From positions 1,922,001 to 1,986,000 of the forward strand of contig NC_027218.1 of the NCBI RefSeq assembly GCF_000981445.1: a stretch of DNA of 64,000 nt. Direction: 5' to 3'. The notes under the pieces were generated by a model. It did no database searches. It was not told the origin of the DNA and saw only the letters and a program-made list of their open reading frames with translations. Below, in pieces: positions 1-10,100 of this stretch; the stretch's first letter is position 1; each line of letters begins with the position of its first letter. Origin of the DNA: Babesia bigemina (lineage: Eukaryota). Made by a program: the position numbers and the translations under genes.

Positions 1-3000
1 TGAGGCTCTCACCAGATACATTTCCACTCCAGACATTTTCACGGGCGTACTTTTCAACAATTTGGTTAATAGTGATTGGCATGATGTGGACGCTGGGAAC
101 GTGCTTCTTTTGCTGTGGGCGTTCTGTGAATATGTGGAAACCCATGAAGAAGGGGACAGTGAGCTGAAAACAAATTTACAAGAGGAGCTTAAGAAGAAAG
201 GAATGTGTTTCGAGTGGGATATGTTGGTAGAGCATTGCAAAACGCTTAAAAAGTCACTCGATAAATTATTTGGCAATACATTTGATGATTTTAGTCCTAA
301 ACCCTTCACCACTACCGGCAGAGCGTTTACCACTTTTGCCCTGAAGCCTGAGGCATTTGCGGGAGCTTTCGAGAAGTGGTTTATAGATCATTGGGATGAC
401 ATAGGGGATGCTTTGGATGCCATTAAATCAGGCGTAGAGGATTTAGAAGAAAGTACTGCTGATTTCTCTCCTGAATATATATACCCCTACGGCATCGTGC
501 TGAATAAAGATCAAAGAAACGAGTGGGAGCAGGGATTGAAGAACTTGCCGGCTGTTCTTAAAGCTCTCGGCAATTCCGATAACGGAGATGTGGAAAAACT
601 TAAAGAAATTTTGGGAGGTACAAGTTGTCCAGTGCAACCCCCGCCGCCTCCACCTCTACAACCCGCCGGTCCTTCGACCAGCAAACCCGCCCCGCCGAAA
701 CCGACCTCAACTACAACTGAGACCACCAAAAAGGTGGTAACCAAACCACAGTCAACTACAAATCAAAATAATGGTCAAAGTGAAGCAAATCTTCCAACTT
801 CATCAGTCAGCAAACGTCCTTCATCTCCTTCCGGTGGTGCAGGAGCGCCAGGGCAGGCAGGGCCTAAAGGTAATCAAGGCCCGCAAGGCTCTTCTAGTAC
901 CGGGTCTACAAAATCTCCACCTAAAAATAATGTTAAGCAACAGCCTCCATCTCAACCTCAACCAGCGCCTCCCCCTCAAGCCTCTCCCCCTGGTCCTGCA
1001 TCCCCTGCCTCCCCTAGTCAGTCCGGTGGCGGGGGTGGGAGTAAAAATGGCGGCGATCCTCAACCATCTGAGCAACATCCATCTCCAAGTGCTCCACCTA
1101 CAGGCGCTCCGTCACCTGCTACCCCTGTTTCCGGTGGTGGTCGGAGCCAGGGTGGGCAGGCGGCTTCTTCTGACGCTGGTCCAACAGGTGGGAAGAGTCA
1201 TGATTCACCGAGCGGTGTTCCTACAGTTCAACAGCCTGCACAACCTCGAGATCCAAGTGTTAAATCTCCAGGCTCTGCGTCATCTGGTGCCCCTGGTCCC
1301 AGAGGTGGTCAGGTGTCTACTGCTGTGCCTGTTCCACCGGGTGGTTATGGGCAGGGTTCACAGAGCGGTGGTAGTCAAGGTCAACAGACTGTTGTCCCTT
1401 CACAGCCTGCAAAACCTCCGACTACATATGTTCACCCTCCAGACCCTGCGTCACCTGTTGTTCCTGCTCCCGGTAATGGTCCGGGCCCGGGTGACCGGGG
1501 GTCCACTTCTAGCACCACCCAACAAAGTGGTCGTGTGACACCGCAAAGTTCTACCAACGCTGTTACTACGACATCCTCTGGTTCGGGGGCTGGTTCAGGT
1601 GGCGGTGGCGGTAGTGGAGGGGTTGGCGGAGGGAGTGGATCACCTACACGTAATAAAACCCAAACAGATGGTCAGCCTAAAAAATGTTACTACGTGAATA
1701 TGCAAAATCTCGTACACGAAACTGGTGATTACTGTCCTTCTGGGTACAAGAGGCCTGTCCGAGTTCCTGCTTATGGCCAGAGGACTCCTGAAGAACTTTG
1801 GAATGAGTTGAAACAAAAGGAGGAACAACAACGTGAAATGACGCAGAAAAAACAACGTACATTGCTACAAGATCTGCCTTATATCGACGGCGTTGATGCA
1901 ACTGCTCCTTTGGAAGGCTACGTTGTTCAAGATGTACTTCGAAGGCAGAACGAACGCAATAGACAATTCCGCGATTGGGGGTTAGCTTATGAACAATACC
2001 TAAAAAACAGGCATGAAACGGAAACAAATGAGATGCAAAAATATGCCGACGAGCTGCAGAAAGTGAAAGCGCATTCGGACCTTCTAAACAATTTCGGTAT
2101 AATTGACGTCGATATCGGGATTCCAAATAATTCGCCTACAGTCTCCTTGGAAATTACAAAAGCCCAAAGTAGCAATAAAAACGATATTAAAAAGCCCGTA
2201 GCCACAAATTATAACACACCATATTTTATCGAAGTGGTCGAGCCAAATAAGTCGTCTGATAGCTCTTCTGTTTTATTAGATATTGTACAGCCAGATATCT
2301 CCGATAAGAAGTCCGTTATGTCTAAAGAACAGAAATCTACGGTGTTAGATGTTGAAGGAGCAGAGGTGCCCGGTTTCGACGGTCCAGTAACGGCCGAGTT
2401 TGACGGTGAACACATTCCGGATGATCCTCGCCTTACACTAGACATGCAAGAACAGACGGAAAATAAATTTGAAATGCATTTGCAACAACTTAATGCATTG
2501 GACGGTAGGCCCACGGACGACTCCCAAGGCATACCGAATTTCGCTGTTCCACAAGGCTCCGCTGCGATTGGTGTTCCCATAGGCTACCCTGTAAAGCCAC
2601 CTAAATTGCCGAAGATACCACCACCCCCTCTGCCAACAATGGAACTAAATGGGAATCCCATTCCTGATTATGATTTGAAATATTCCTGGTTACCACCTCC
2701 TGGGATCCACATAGAATCGGCACCTCGAACTCTTCCAACAACCGATGTAGACATTGAGAAGCCTTATACGGCAGAGGAGATCATGAAAACTGAATTGCGT
2801 AGGGCAACATATCTGCCTCAAGAAATGATAGATCCCGAACCCTTACCAGCATACAATGTGGACTTGGATATTACACCAAAACTCAAGGTGTATAACAACT
2901 CATCGTACATGCCAACGGCCGAACTGAAACCGCAGCCATTGTCCAATCCAGAATTCTCCATCCACATTCCCAAACCCACACTTCAAGACTCATCTTATGA

Positions 3001-4771
3001 GATAGACGTAGACGACCCTCCTCTACCAAACCTTCAACCCCTAGATCCAATAGACCCAGTCACCACCGCCATCTCTGTCAACTTCCCACCAATCAATCCT
3101 CCGCAGTCCCTCCCCAACAGGTACGTGGATCCATATACGCACGATGCGCAATCTGTCAGTATGTGCACTGCGCCGTGGATGACTCAGGCAGAAATCGGAG
3201 ACTCCACCGATATCCCCGACACGGAGCTGTTCCCCGCCGAGGCCCCGCGCACCGTCAGAGATATGCTTCAGTGGCTGGCTGGACTTAGGAACCCAAAACA
3301 TCATAGCACTCTCACAGAATGTTTTAACAAGGCATTTGGTGGTTCGCAGAGTGACCCTTCACAGCTTGCTCTCTTAGTCAACGGTTCTTATGTCCGACCC
3401 AATGATGTCTTCGACATACTCCAACTTACCACCATGTTTGCAGGTTCCGTGCTCAATTCCATTGCACCTAACTGGAGAGCACATGTGTCATCAAAACCTG
3501 TGCAGCCTAAGCCATCTGACCAATCCGACGAGCCTGATTGCTGCGCCCTCATCTGCCAGCTGCGGGACTACGCCTACGCCTGCCACCACCAGTTGGAGTT
3601 CCTGAAGGCGCAGTGTAATCGGGACAAACTAAGTGGTGGGTGGGAAAATTATGAGTACGGCAGCGACATAACTTCTCTCAACTCCCCCCTCCAGGCGTTC
3701 CTGACTGACGACTGGGACTCCGACTTCGAGACGCACCTCTTCGACCCTTGCAACCTGTGCCTCAAGAGCAGGGTGAGAATGGGATTCAGGGATGAAGATC
3801 TGCCTAAGATATCGAAGCAGGGCAGTGTCATTTCCACCATCCTCACTCCCAGCTGCGGCGGTGATGACCCCCTGCTGACACTGTCCTCCTACCTCAACTG
3901 CCTCACCAGGCGGACGCCGCGCACCACCGGGGAGCTTGTGTCGTACTTCCATAATTTCGGCATCGAGTTGTACAATTATGATCAGAAGTCATTGTCTCTA
4001 CTGGGCTCATCCCTCTCCAGTCCACATGCTGACTGCCCCGACTGGGATCGTCTTGGTGACTCCGACCTTGGAGCTGTACGTGGCATCCGTGGTCAAGAGT
4101 CTCTCATAACCAAAAACAACTCCACTCACGACAATGGCCATCCCCGTACCCTGTCCACACTGGTTGGCTGCGGCAGTGACCCTGCCAACTGCCCTCCGCA
4201 TTGCTCGCCCATCACGTACCGGGCCTACGCCCTGTACTCCCAGAGCTTCGCCCACACCTACCTCAGCTGGACGGTGTACCTGCCGGACAGGCTGTGGGAG
4301 TCACTTCAAAAGCTGCACTATGATTTGCAAAAGCATCTTGGCAGCGGCAAGTGCACATCCCTCTACCTGTGTTCCACTGCGCTGCCCCTCCTCTACACTC
4401 ACGGGTTCACGCCGCCGGAGGGTCAATCGCAGTCGACAGTCAAGTGCTATGATGTTATGAGTATACTGAAGGAAATTGTCAACGGCAAGCCTATCGCATC
4501 ACTCATGACTGCCATGGACGATTTCCTCTACAACATCCGGGAGCCGTTCATCTTCACTTTCGTAGCACTGTGGTCCACAGCATTACTCATCTTCGCCAAC
4601 ACGATGCTATATCGCCTGGACGTGCTCTACATCCGATCACACCTTATCCGCACCAAGGCATCTCACGTCATCGACGTCAAGGCCTTACTCACGAAAGGCC
4701 GGAAGATGCTCTCACTTTACAAAGACGTCGACTACTTCGACGAGGACCCTATTGGTCAACTTGTTATTTAA
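1..4771 (+). CDS. ves/VESA1-like variant surface antigen, gene A (5' end runs off the window)
   Basis: Frame is open from base 2 (EALTRYISTPD...) to the stop at 4771. It has a Pro/Gly/Ser/Gln low-complexity middle, a Cys-containing conserved domain (PRTVRDMLQWL, LRDYAYAC, GGW, CNLCLKSRVRMGF), a C-terminal TM (FIFTFVALWSTALLIF) and the VESA-like tail YRLDVLYIRSHL. Confidence 0.8.
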   Translation, partial: EALTRYISTPDIFTGVLFNNLVNSDWHDVDAGNVLLLLWAFCEYVETHEEGDSELKTNLQEELKKKGMCFEWDMLVEHCKTLKKSLDKLFGNTFDDFSPKPFTTTGRAFTTFALKPEAFAGAFEKWFIDHWDDIGDALDAIKSGVEDLEESTADFSPEYIYPYGIVLNKDQRNEWEQGLKNLPAVLKALGNSDNGDVEKLKEILGGTSCPVQPPPPPPLQPAGPSTSKPAPPKPTSTTTETTKKVVTKPQSTTNQNNGQSEANLPTSSVSKRPSSPSGGAGAPGQAGPKGNQGPQGSSSTGSTKSPPKNNVKQQPPSQPQPAPPPQASPPGPASPASPSQSGGGGGSKNGGDPQPSEQHPSPSAPPTGAPSPATPVSGGGRSQGGQAASSDAGPTGGKSHDSPSGVPTVQQPAQPRDPSVKSPGSASSGAPGPRGGQVSTAVPVPPGGYGQGSQSGGSQGQQTVVPSQPAKPPTTYVHPPDPASPVVPAPGNGPGPGDRGSTSSTTQQSGRVTPQSSTNAVTTTSSGSGAGSGGGGGSGGVGGGSGSPTRNKTQTDGQPKKCYYVNMQNLVHETGDYCPSGYKRPVRVPAYGQRTPEELWNELKQKEEQQREMTQKKQRTLLQDLPYIDGVDATAPLEGYVVQDVLRRQNERNRQFRDWGLAYEQYLKNRHETETNEMQKYADELQKVKAHSDLLNNFGIIDVDIGIPNNSPTVSLEITKAQSSNKNDIKKPVATNYNTPYFIEVVEPNKSSDSSSVLLDIVQPDISDKKSVMSKEQKSTVLDVEGAEVPGFDGPVTAEFDGEHIPDDPRLTLDMQEQTENKFEMHLQQLNALDGRPTDDSQGIPNFAVPQGSAAIGVPIGYPVKPPKLPKIPPPPLPTMELNGNPIPDYDLKYSWLPPPGIHIESAPRTLPTTDVDIEKPYTAEEIMKTELRRATYLPQEMIDPEPLPAYNVDLDITPKLKVYNNSSYMPTAELKPQPLSNPEFSIHIPKPTLQDSSYEIDVDDPPLPNLQPLDPIDPVTTAISVNFPPINPPQSLPNRYVDPYTHDAQSVSMCTAPWMTQAEIGDSTDIPDTELFPAEAPRTVRDMLQWLAGLRNPKHHSTLTECFNKAFGGSQSDPSQLALLVNGSYVRPNDVFDILQLTTMFAGSVLNSIAPNWRAHVSSKPVQPKPSDQSDEPDCCALICQLRDYAYACHHQLEFLKAQCNRDKLSGGWENYEYGSDITSLNSPLQAFLTDDWDSDFETHLFDPCNLCLKSRVRMGFRDEDLPKISKQGSVISTILTPSCGGDDPLLTLSSYLNCLTRRTPRTTGELVSYFHNFGIELYNYDQKSLSLLGSSLSSPHADCPDWDRLGDSDLGAVRGIRGQESLITKNNSTHDNGHPRTLSTLVGCGSDPANCPPHCSPITYRAYALYSQSFAHTYLSWTVYLPDRLWESLQKLHYDLQKHLGSGKCTSLYLCSTALPLLYTHGFTPPEGQSQSTVKCYDVMSILKEIVNGKPIASLMTAMDDFLYNIREPFIFTFVALWSTALLIFANTMLYRLDVLYIRSHLIRTKASHVIDVKALLTKGRKMLSLYKDVDYFDEDPIGQLVI

Positions 4772-5560
4772 TGATCATTACCTCATTCATCTAGTCATTA
4801 CTTGCCTTGTGATGGATCGCATTACAGCACTAGTGGTTAGTTGTGTTACCGCAGAATCTATGGCACCGTGATGTGAGAAAAGCCTGACTGCTTCCAGGCA
4901 TAACCAGACTCATGGAGATCCCTTAATAAATAATATAGCTCAGTACGTTGAGTTATGCGTTGCTTGTGAGACATATCTGCCATCCGACCTTGCCAGTGTA
5001 ATTGGGCGCCGGGTGGAGAGCGACCAACGTAGGCAGCTGACAAGTGCCGTGCTAGGTGAAGTTTTGCATCGTCTGTTCGATGAGTGGTTGGTATGGTAAT
5101 ACCATGTGCATCGCTAGGCAATGGATGCCGCTGCGTCTCCCACGTGATGGTCAGTGGACCGCGTTGTTACGTGACACTGATGGCAACAGTGTAAATAATA
5201 AGCGTATTAATCAAGCAATATGGCTCATATGGGCACTCATGATGGGACAAAAGCAACAGCATCCATAGGCACTGGCACCGTAGGGCGGTCTGTGATGATT
5301 GCGGTCTACTGCTTACATGGCACCGGTTGACCTGCATGCCATGGCAAGGATACCTTCGACATGCTTCAACTCGGTAATCATTCCGTTATATGACTGGCTG
5401 CATAGTCGTGATGTGACTACTTCTGCTTTAGACGGCGGTCACCTTGCTGCTAAGTAGCGCGGGTGGGAGACTATCAGTGTCCTTCGCTGAGGTACGTGGT
5501 TCATGCCTGTGCTGATTGATGGGACGGGATACGACTTGCATAAGTGCGTGTTCATGAGTG

Positions 5561-5693
5561 GTTGGCGAGTGCGTTGCTTGAGTGATTGATATGTTTGCAG
5601 GTTGAGGGGACTGGGAGCGGCAGTGGTAGTGTCGTAGTTGGCGAGTGCGTTGCTTGAGTGACTGATATGTTCGCAGGTTGAGGGGACTGGGAG
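5561..5693 (+). repeat. 76-bp tandem duplication in the 5' leader of the small Cys-rich gene (probable 5'UTR intron/micro-exon unit)
   Basis: gttggcgagtgcgttgcttgagtga(t/c)tgatatgtt(t/c)gcag|gttgaggggactgggag occurs at 5561 and 5637. The homologous pair is on the minus strand at ~12760-12905. Confidence 0.8.
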
Positions 5694-5705
5694 GGGAGCG
5701 GGAAG

Positions 5706-6269
5706 ATGTCATTATATCCTGGGAAGCCGTGCACGAGGTGTCGTAATAATTGTAAAAGCTCTTATGTTTGCAACTGTTGTCCCTGGTGTTGTGAAGAATG
5801 TAATAAAGGTTTCGACAGGTGCTATGAGTGCTTCACACTTGTCTTCATGCGCAAAAAAGGCACACATGCTTATGTGTGCGATAATTTTAAATGTGCAATT
5901 AAATGTAAAGGCAAGGAGTTGAAATGTGAATGTAAGTGTTGTAAAGAGAAATGTGCATCACCTGGCGCCTGCCAAGCCCCTCCTCCCCCCCCTCCCCCGC
6001 CTATCGTTGCTCCCTCCGGTGTTGAGTCTGTGATCGTCGGCCAACCGCAGCTGTCCGCTCTCTCCACTGAAGAACATTCCGAAGACGACCCTGATGATGA
6101 CGCTTCTCAACCTTTCCGCCCTGACCCCCAAGCCATCGCCGCCGTCATCGTTGGCATCATCGTCGCCATCATCCTGCTCGACCTGTGCATCTTCCGCTTT
6201 CCGGTGGGCCGCAACATCCGCGATTTCGTCGTCCGCAAGATACCCTTCTGCATCGCTTTCTACAGCTAA
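5706..6269 (+). CDS. Small Cys/Lys-rich single-pass membrane protein (187 aa)
   Basis: Cys-rich N-terminus (CxxC, CC), poly-Pro linker, TM AIAAVIVGIIVAIILLDLCIF and short basic tail. The start context gcgggaagATG is shared with the paralog at 12758. Confidence 0.75.
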   Translation: MSLYPGKPCTRCRNNCKSSYVCNCCPWCCEECNKGFDRCYECFTLVFMRKKGTHAYVCDNFKCAIKCKGKELKCECKCCKEKCASPGACQAPPPPPPPPIVAPSGVESVIVGQPQLSALSTEEHSEDDPDDDASQPFRPDPQAIAAVIVGIIVAIILLDLCIFRFPVGRNIRDFVVRKIPFCIAFYS

Positions 6270-6380
6270 GCTCAGCAATTTAGTAGCGCAGAAATTGTTA
6301 ATCAAAATTCCACCGATCACCCAACTGGCAACTGACATCTGATGTTCTAGACAGTAATGAATGCGTTGATGACAAATCAC

Positions 6381-6515
6381 ATGAGCAGTGAGGTGACCAC
6401 CAACCCCGCCCCTTACATCATCGCCTCCGTCGCTTTCATCATCGTCGTCATCTGCGTCATGATCTACTTCCGCATTCGGCCGTTCCACAGGGTGCGGTAT
6501 CTACTGCGCAGCTAG
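6381..6515 (+). CDS. Putative 44-aa transmembrane micro-ORF (or alternative terminal TM exon)
   Basis: Hand translation gives MSSEVTTNPAPYIIASVAFIIVVICVMIYFRIRPFHRVRYLLRS*. It nearly matches the C-terminus of the 12288..12758 protein and is below the ORF-track cut-off. Confidence 0.5.
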   Translation: MSSEVTTNPAPYIIASVAFIIVVICVMIYFRIRPFHRVRYLLRS

Positions 6516-6949
6516 TCACAATAACCGAACTGGCCACTGACATGTAATGTTGTAGACAGAGTAGTGATTGCGTTGATCACCGATCACATGAGCAGCGAGG
6601 TGACCAACCGCCTAACCAAAGTTGTGACCTAGTAGCTGACATATTGCCTCACCTAAGGTGTAACCAAATGTCCGTATTCACCGCACCGTCTACATCCACA
6701 ATCCTTGTGACAACGCTATTCTCCAATCATGCTCCTCCCTCTCACTCCAGTATGGCTGCCATGGCTTGTCACCTTCCCTCCTCAGGTGAGTGGTATTTCT
6801 ATAGGATTCTTGTGATGGTCCACGGATTTTGCGAAATGGTTTCGGTGTGTCATTGTCTTAGTATGATGCGTATTGGTGTTATTCAGCGTATTACTTCATA
6901 GCCTTTCCACTCAGCACCCTTAGTTGTCTGCCATGCTGTATTAAGCGGA

Positions 6950-7095
6950 GTCACCTTAGAGGTGAGGTCACTCCAGTGTTTCCCAGTTCACGTGGTACTG
7001 GAGGCTGACCGTGGTGATTAGTAGGAGTGGATTAGAGCTCTGATCACTCTGGTGTTTCCCAGTTGACATGGTACTGGAGGCTGGCCGTGGTGTTT
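6950..7095 (+). promoter_or_regulatory. Conserved upstream element of the large ves-like genes, with a ~75-bp imperfect direct repeat
   Basis: tcactc(ca/tg)gtgtttcccagtt(c/g)ac(g/a)tggtactggaggctg(a/g)ccgtggtg occurs twice, preceded by the hairpin tcacct-tag-aggtga. A single homologous copy lies upstream of gene C (~19255-19320, minus). Confidence 0.5.
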
Positions 7096-7133
7096 TGTAA
7101 AAGTGTATTAGTAGATGATTGGAGGTGGGCAGT

Positions 7134-10100
7134 ATGGCGAAGAGCAACGTTCCTACGTTCAAGACTCTTAAGGAGTGCTTGGAATTCCTGCAGTGGTTAC
7201 ATACTGACAAGGGCATGCAATATCGAGTGACCCGTAGACTGGTAAGGCTCTTGGAAAAAAAGTATATAACTTATAATACAAAAGATGTTGAATCTGCGCT
7301 GTCTACGTTCCTTCGAAGCGTGTCCACATTTCATGAAAAATTATGCAACAGGGCAGGGCAAGGCAACTATAACCTGGGCAAAGCCACACATGCCCTCTAT
7401 GCTCTGCTGCAGTGCATTCCGAAGTTCTTGTCAGTCATGTATTTTATGAGATACCAAGTGGACGAAAAGTTCGGTGCGGTGGGTGGCGGAGGGTGGAAAA
7501 ATGATTGGACTGGGTGGGGTGCACTTGGTCCAAATTTCGAATCTAGAGGAGGCGAATTGGATAAGTATCTCTATGAGCGTGCTGGGGAGGCATACGGTGT
7601 CATCCCCGGAGGGTTCGACAAAGGTGGTAAAGAGGTGAAATACCGGGGTGGCTATTTCCAGGGTAGAGATATGGCATCCGACCTTATAAATATATGTGAT
7701 AAAAAAATAGGCCAACTCTTCCGCGACGTGTTCGTGACCTCGGTATTGTCTAAAACTTCTGGTGTTGATGTCTCGAACGTTGCCAATGCTCTTCGTGTGG
7801 TGCGAGATTTTTGTGGGATATTTGAAGACTCAACGAATGAGGAAGAATTTAAAAGTCATGTGCAATCCAGAGATAAATGCATAAATTGGAATGAATTAAA
7901 AAAACACTGTTTAACGTTGAAAGAAAAAATCAGTAAGCTTTTCACCGATAATCGCTTTTCCTTCACAGGTTATGGGCGGAAATATGAATTTTTCGACAAA
8001 TCCATTGATAAAAGGATGGCGAGTTGGCTAAAAAAAAATTTGTCCGGAATGAAGAATAATTTGGAGAAAATAAAGCCCTTTAGCGGCGTTATAAGATTTA
8101 ATAGTAGGACTTTTCAGAAAGGTAAGCCCCTGCCTCCGGGGTATACCGAAGCTTTTAAAATGTATTTTACCGACAACTTTTTCCGATATGGATTCACATT
8201 CTTTGGAAACACGTATGACACCAGAAACGCTCCATATGACGTTTTGCAAACGGATTGGGATAGTGTTATCGGTGACCTTAGGAAGGATAACGGCGACCTG
8301 GATGAATTAAAAAAAATATTGGATGGTACGCCGTGTCCAATAAAAGAAAAACGAAAAGATAAGGAATCCGAGTCTGGGCCCAAGCCTATGACTGGGCCTG
8401 AACCTGAACCCGAACCGGAACCTGAGCCTGGGTTTGAGTCTGAGTCTGAGTCTGAGTCTGAGTCTGAGTATTCCGAGGAAGCGAAGTCTCTGAAAAAAAG
8501 CAGAGTGGAGGCTCCACCTGCCAAGGTTCCCGAGACCCCAAAGGAAGTAGTGCCAGAGAAGAAAGTAGCAGCTCCCAAAAAGCCGGAAGTGCCACTAGAA
8601 ATAAATTCTGCAGGTAATCAAAATCAGGGCAAGAAAGCGGAGAGTGCACAGAACCAGGGCAAGAAAGCGGAGGGAAATCAAAATCAAGGAAATGATCACA
8701 GTGTAGCAAATACTTCTATTTCACCGGTTTCACAGGCGGTACGAACTCAGAGTTCAAGTGTTCAAAGTCCAGACTCCGGGTCACCTGGTGCTACTGGTCC
8801 CAGTAGTGGTCCGGGCCCGGGTGGGCAGGCGGATGTTTCTGACGCTGGTCAACCAGGTGTCCAAAAGGCTCAGGCAAATGGAGACGCCAATGGTACGGCG
8901 TCCAATACTCCAGGTGCTGGTTCAGTTGGCGATGTAGGTAACGGAGGAAGTGGTGGCCCCGGTCATCAGGGTGAAAACCCTCAAGTTCCTGTTGACAATT
9001 GTCCAAGCTCCAAGGGGTTCATGAAGATTAAACTTTGGCGTGATGGCGGTACGTACTGTGTACGCCAAGCTGATTATAATGAACAAGAAAAACGCAATAA
9101 GAAGTGGGACGAACAACAACGGGAATACGACAAACGAATGGAACAAATAAGGATAGAGGAGCAAGAGGCACAACAAAAGCAAGAAGTAAATCAAGGTAGG
9201 AAGGACGCGAGAGCTTATCGCAAGGAAGTAGTAAACGATCAGCGGGAAACACTCGAATCGATGGAACGAAAGCCTCAGCAAATACATGATCAATATCCGA
9301 GTGAATTGCGTCAAATGCAACAAGAGCAATTGTTGGCCCTAGAAGGCTCTGTGATCACTAACACAAAACCGAGAGCACATATGGATGTAGACAAAGTGTA
9401 TCGCCACACATTAAGTGATGTTGACGGCAGAATGATATCTGATACTGACCGTGCAGTAGTCGCTTTCTACGGTGACGAATTTGGGCGGGGTGAGATTCCA
9501 CCGGTCGAAGCAGTTCCATCTACGAAGTCACATGTGTCTGATGTGATAGGAATGCCTACAGCCTCGATCGCCGTTCCTGCTCCACCTGTTAGTTACCATC
9601 CCAGTCGTGAGAATAGGTTGGGTATGATTCCACCGGTCGAAGCAGTTCCATCTACGAAGTCACATGTGTCTGATGTGATAGGAATGCCTACAGCCTCGAT
9701 CGCCGTTCCTGCTCCACCTGTTAGTTACCATCCCAGTCGTGAGAATAGGTTGGGTATGATTCCACCGGTCGAAGCAGTTCCATCTACGAAGTCACATGTG
9801 TCTGATGTGATAGGAATGCCTACAGCCTCGATCGTCGTTCCTGCTCCACCTGTTAGCTACCATCCCAGTCGTGAGAATAGGTTGGGTATGATTCCACCGG
9901 TCGAAGCAGTTCCATCTACGAAGTCACATGTGTCTGATGTGATAGGAATGCCTACAGCCTCGATCGCCGTTCCTGCTCCACCTGTTAGTTACCATCCCAG
10001 TCGTGAGAATAGGTTGGGTATGATTCCACCGGTCGAAGCAGTTCCATCTACGAAGTCACATGTGTCTGATGTGATAGGAATGCCTACAGCCTCGATCGTC

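Noticed and set aside
771..1538. 255-aa +1-frame ORF in gene A and the related 422-aa ORF in gene C (16761..18029)
   Set aside because: Alternative frames of low-complexity sequence. Their shared peptide simply reflects the identical DNA tract.
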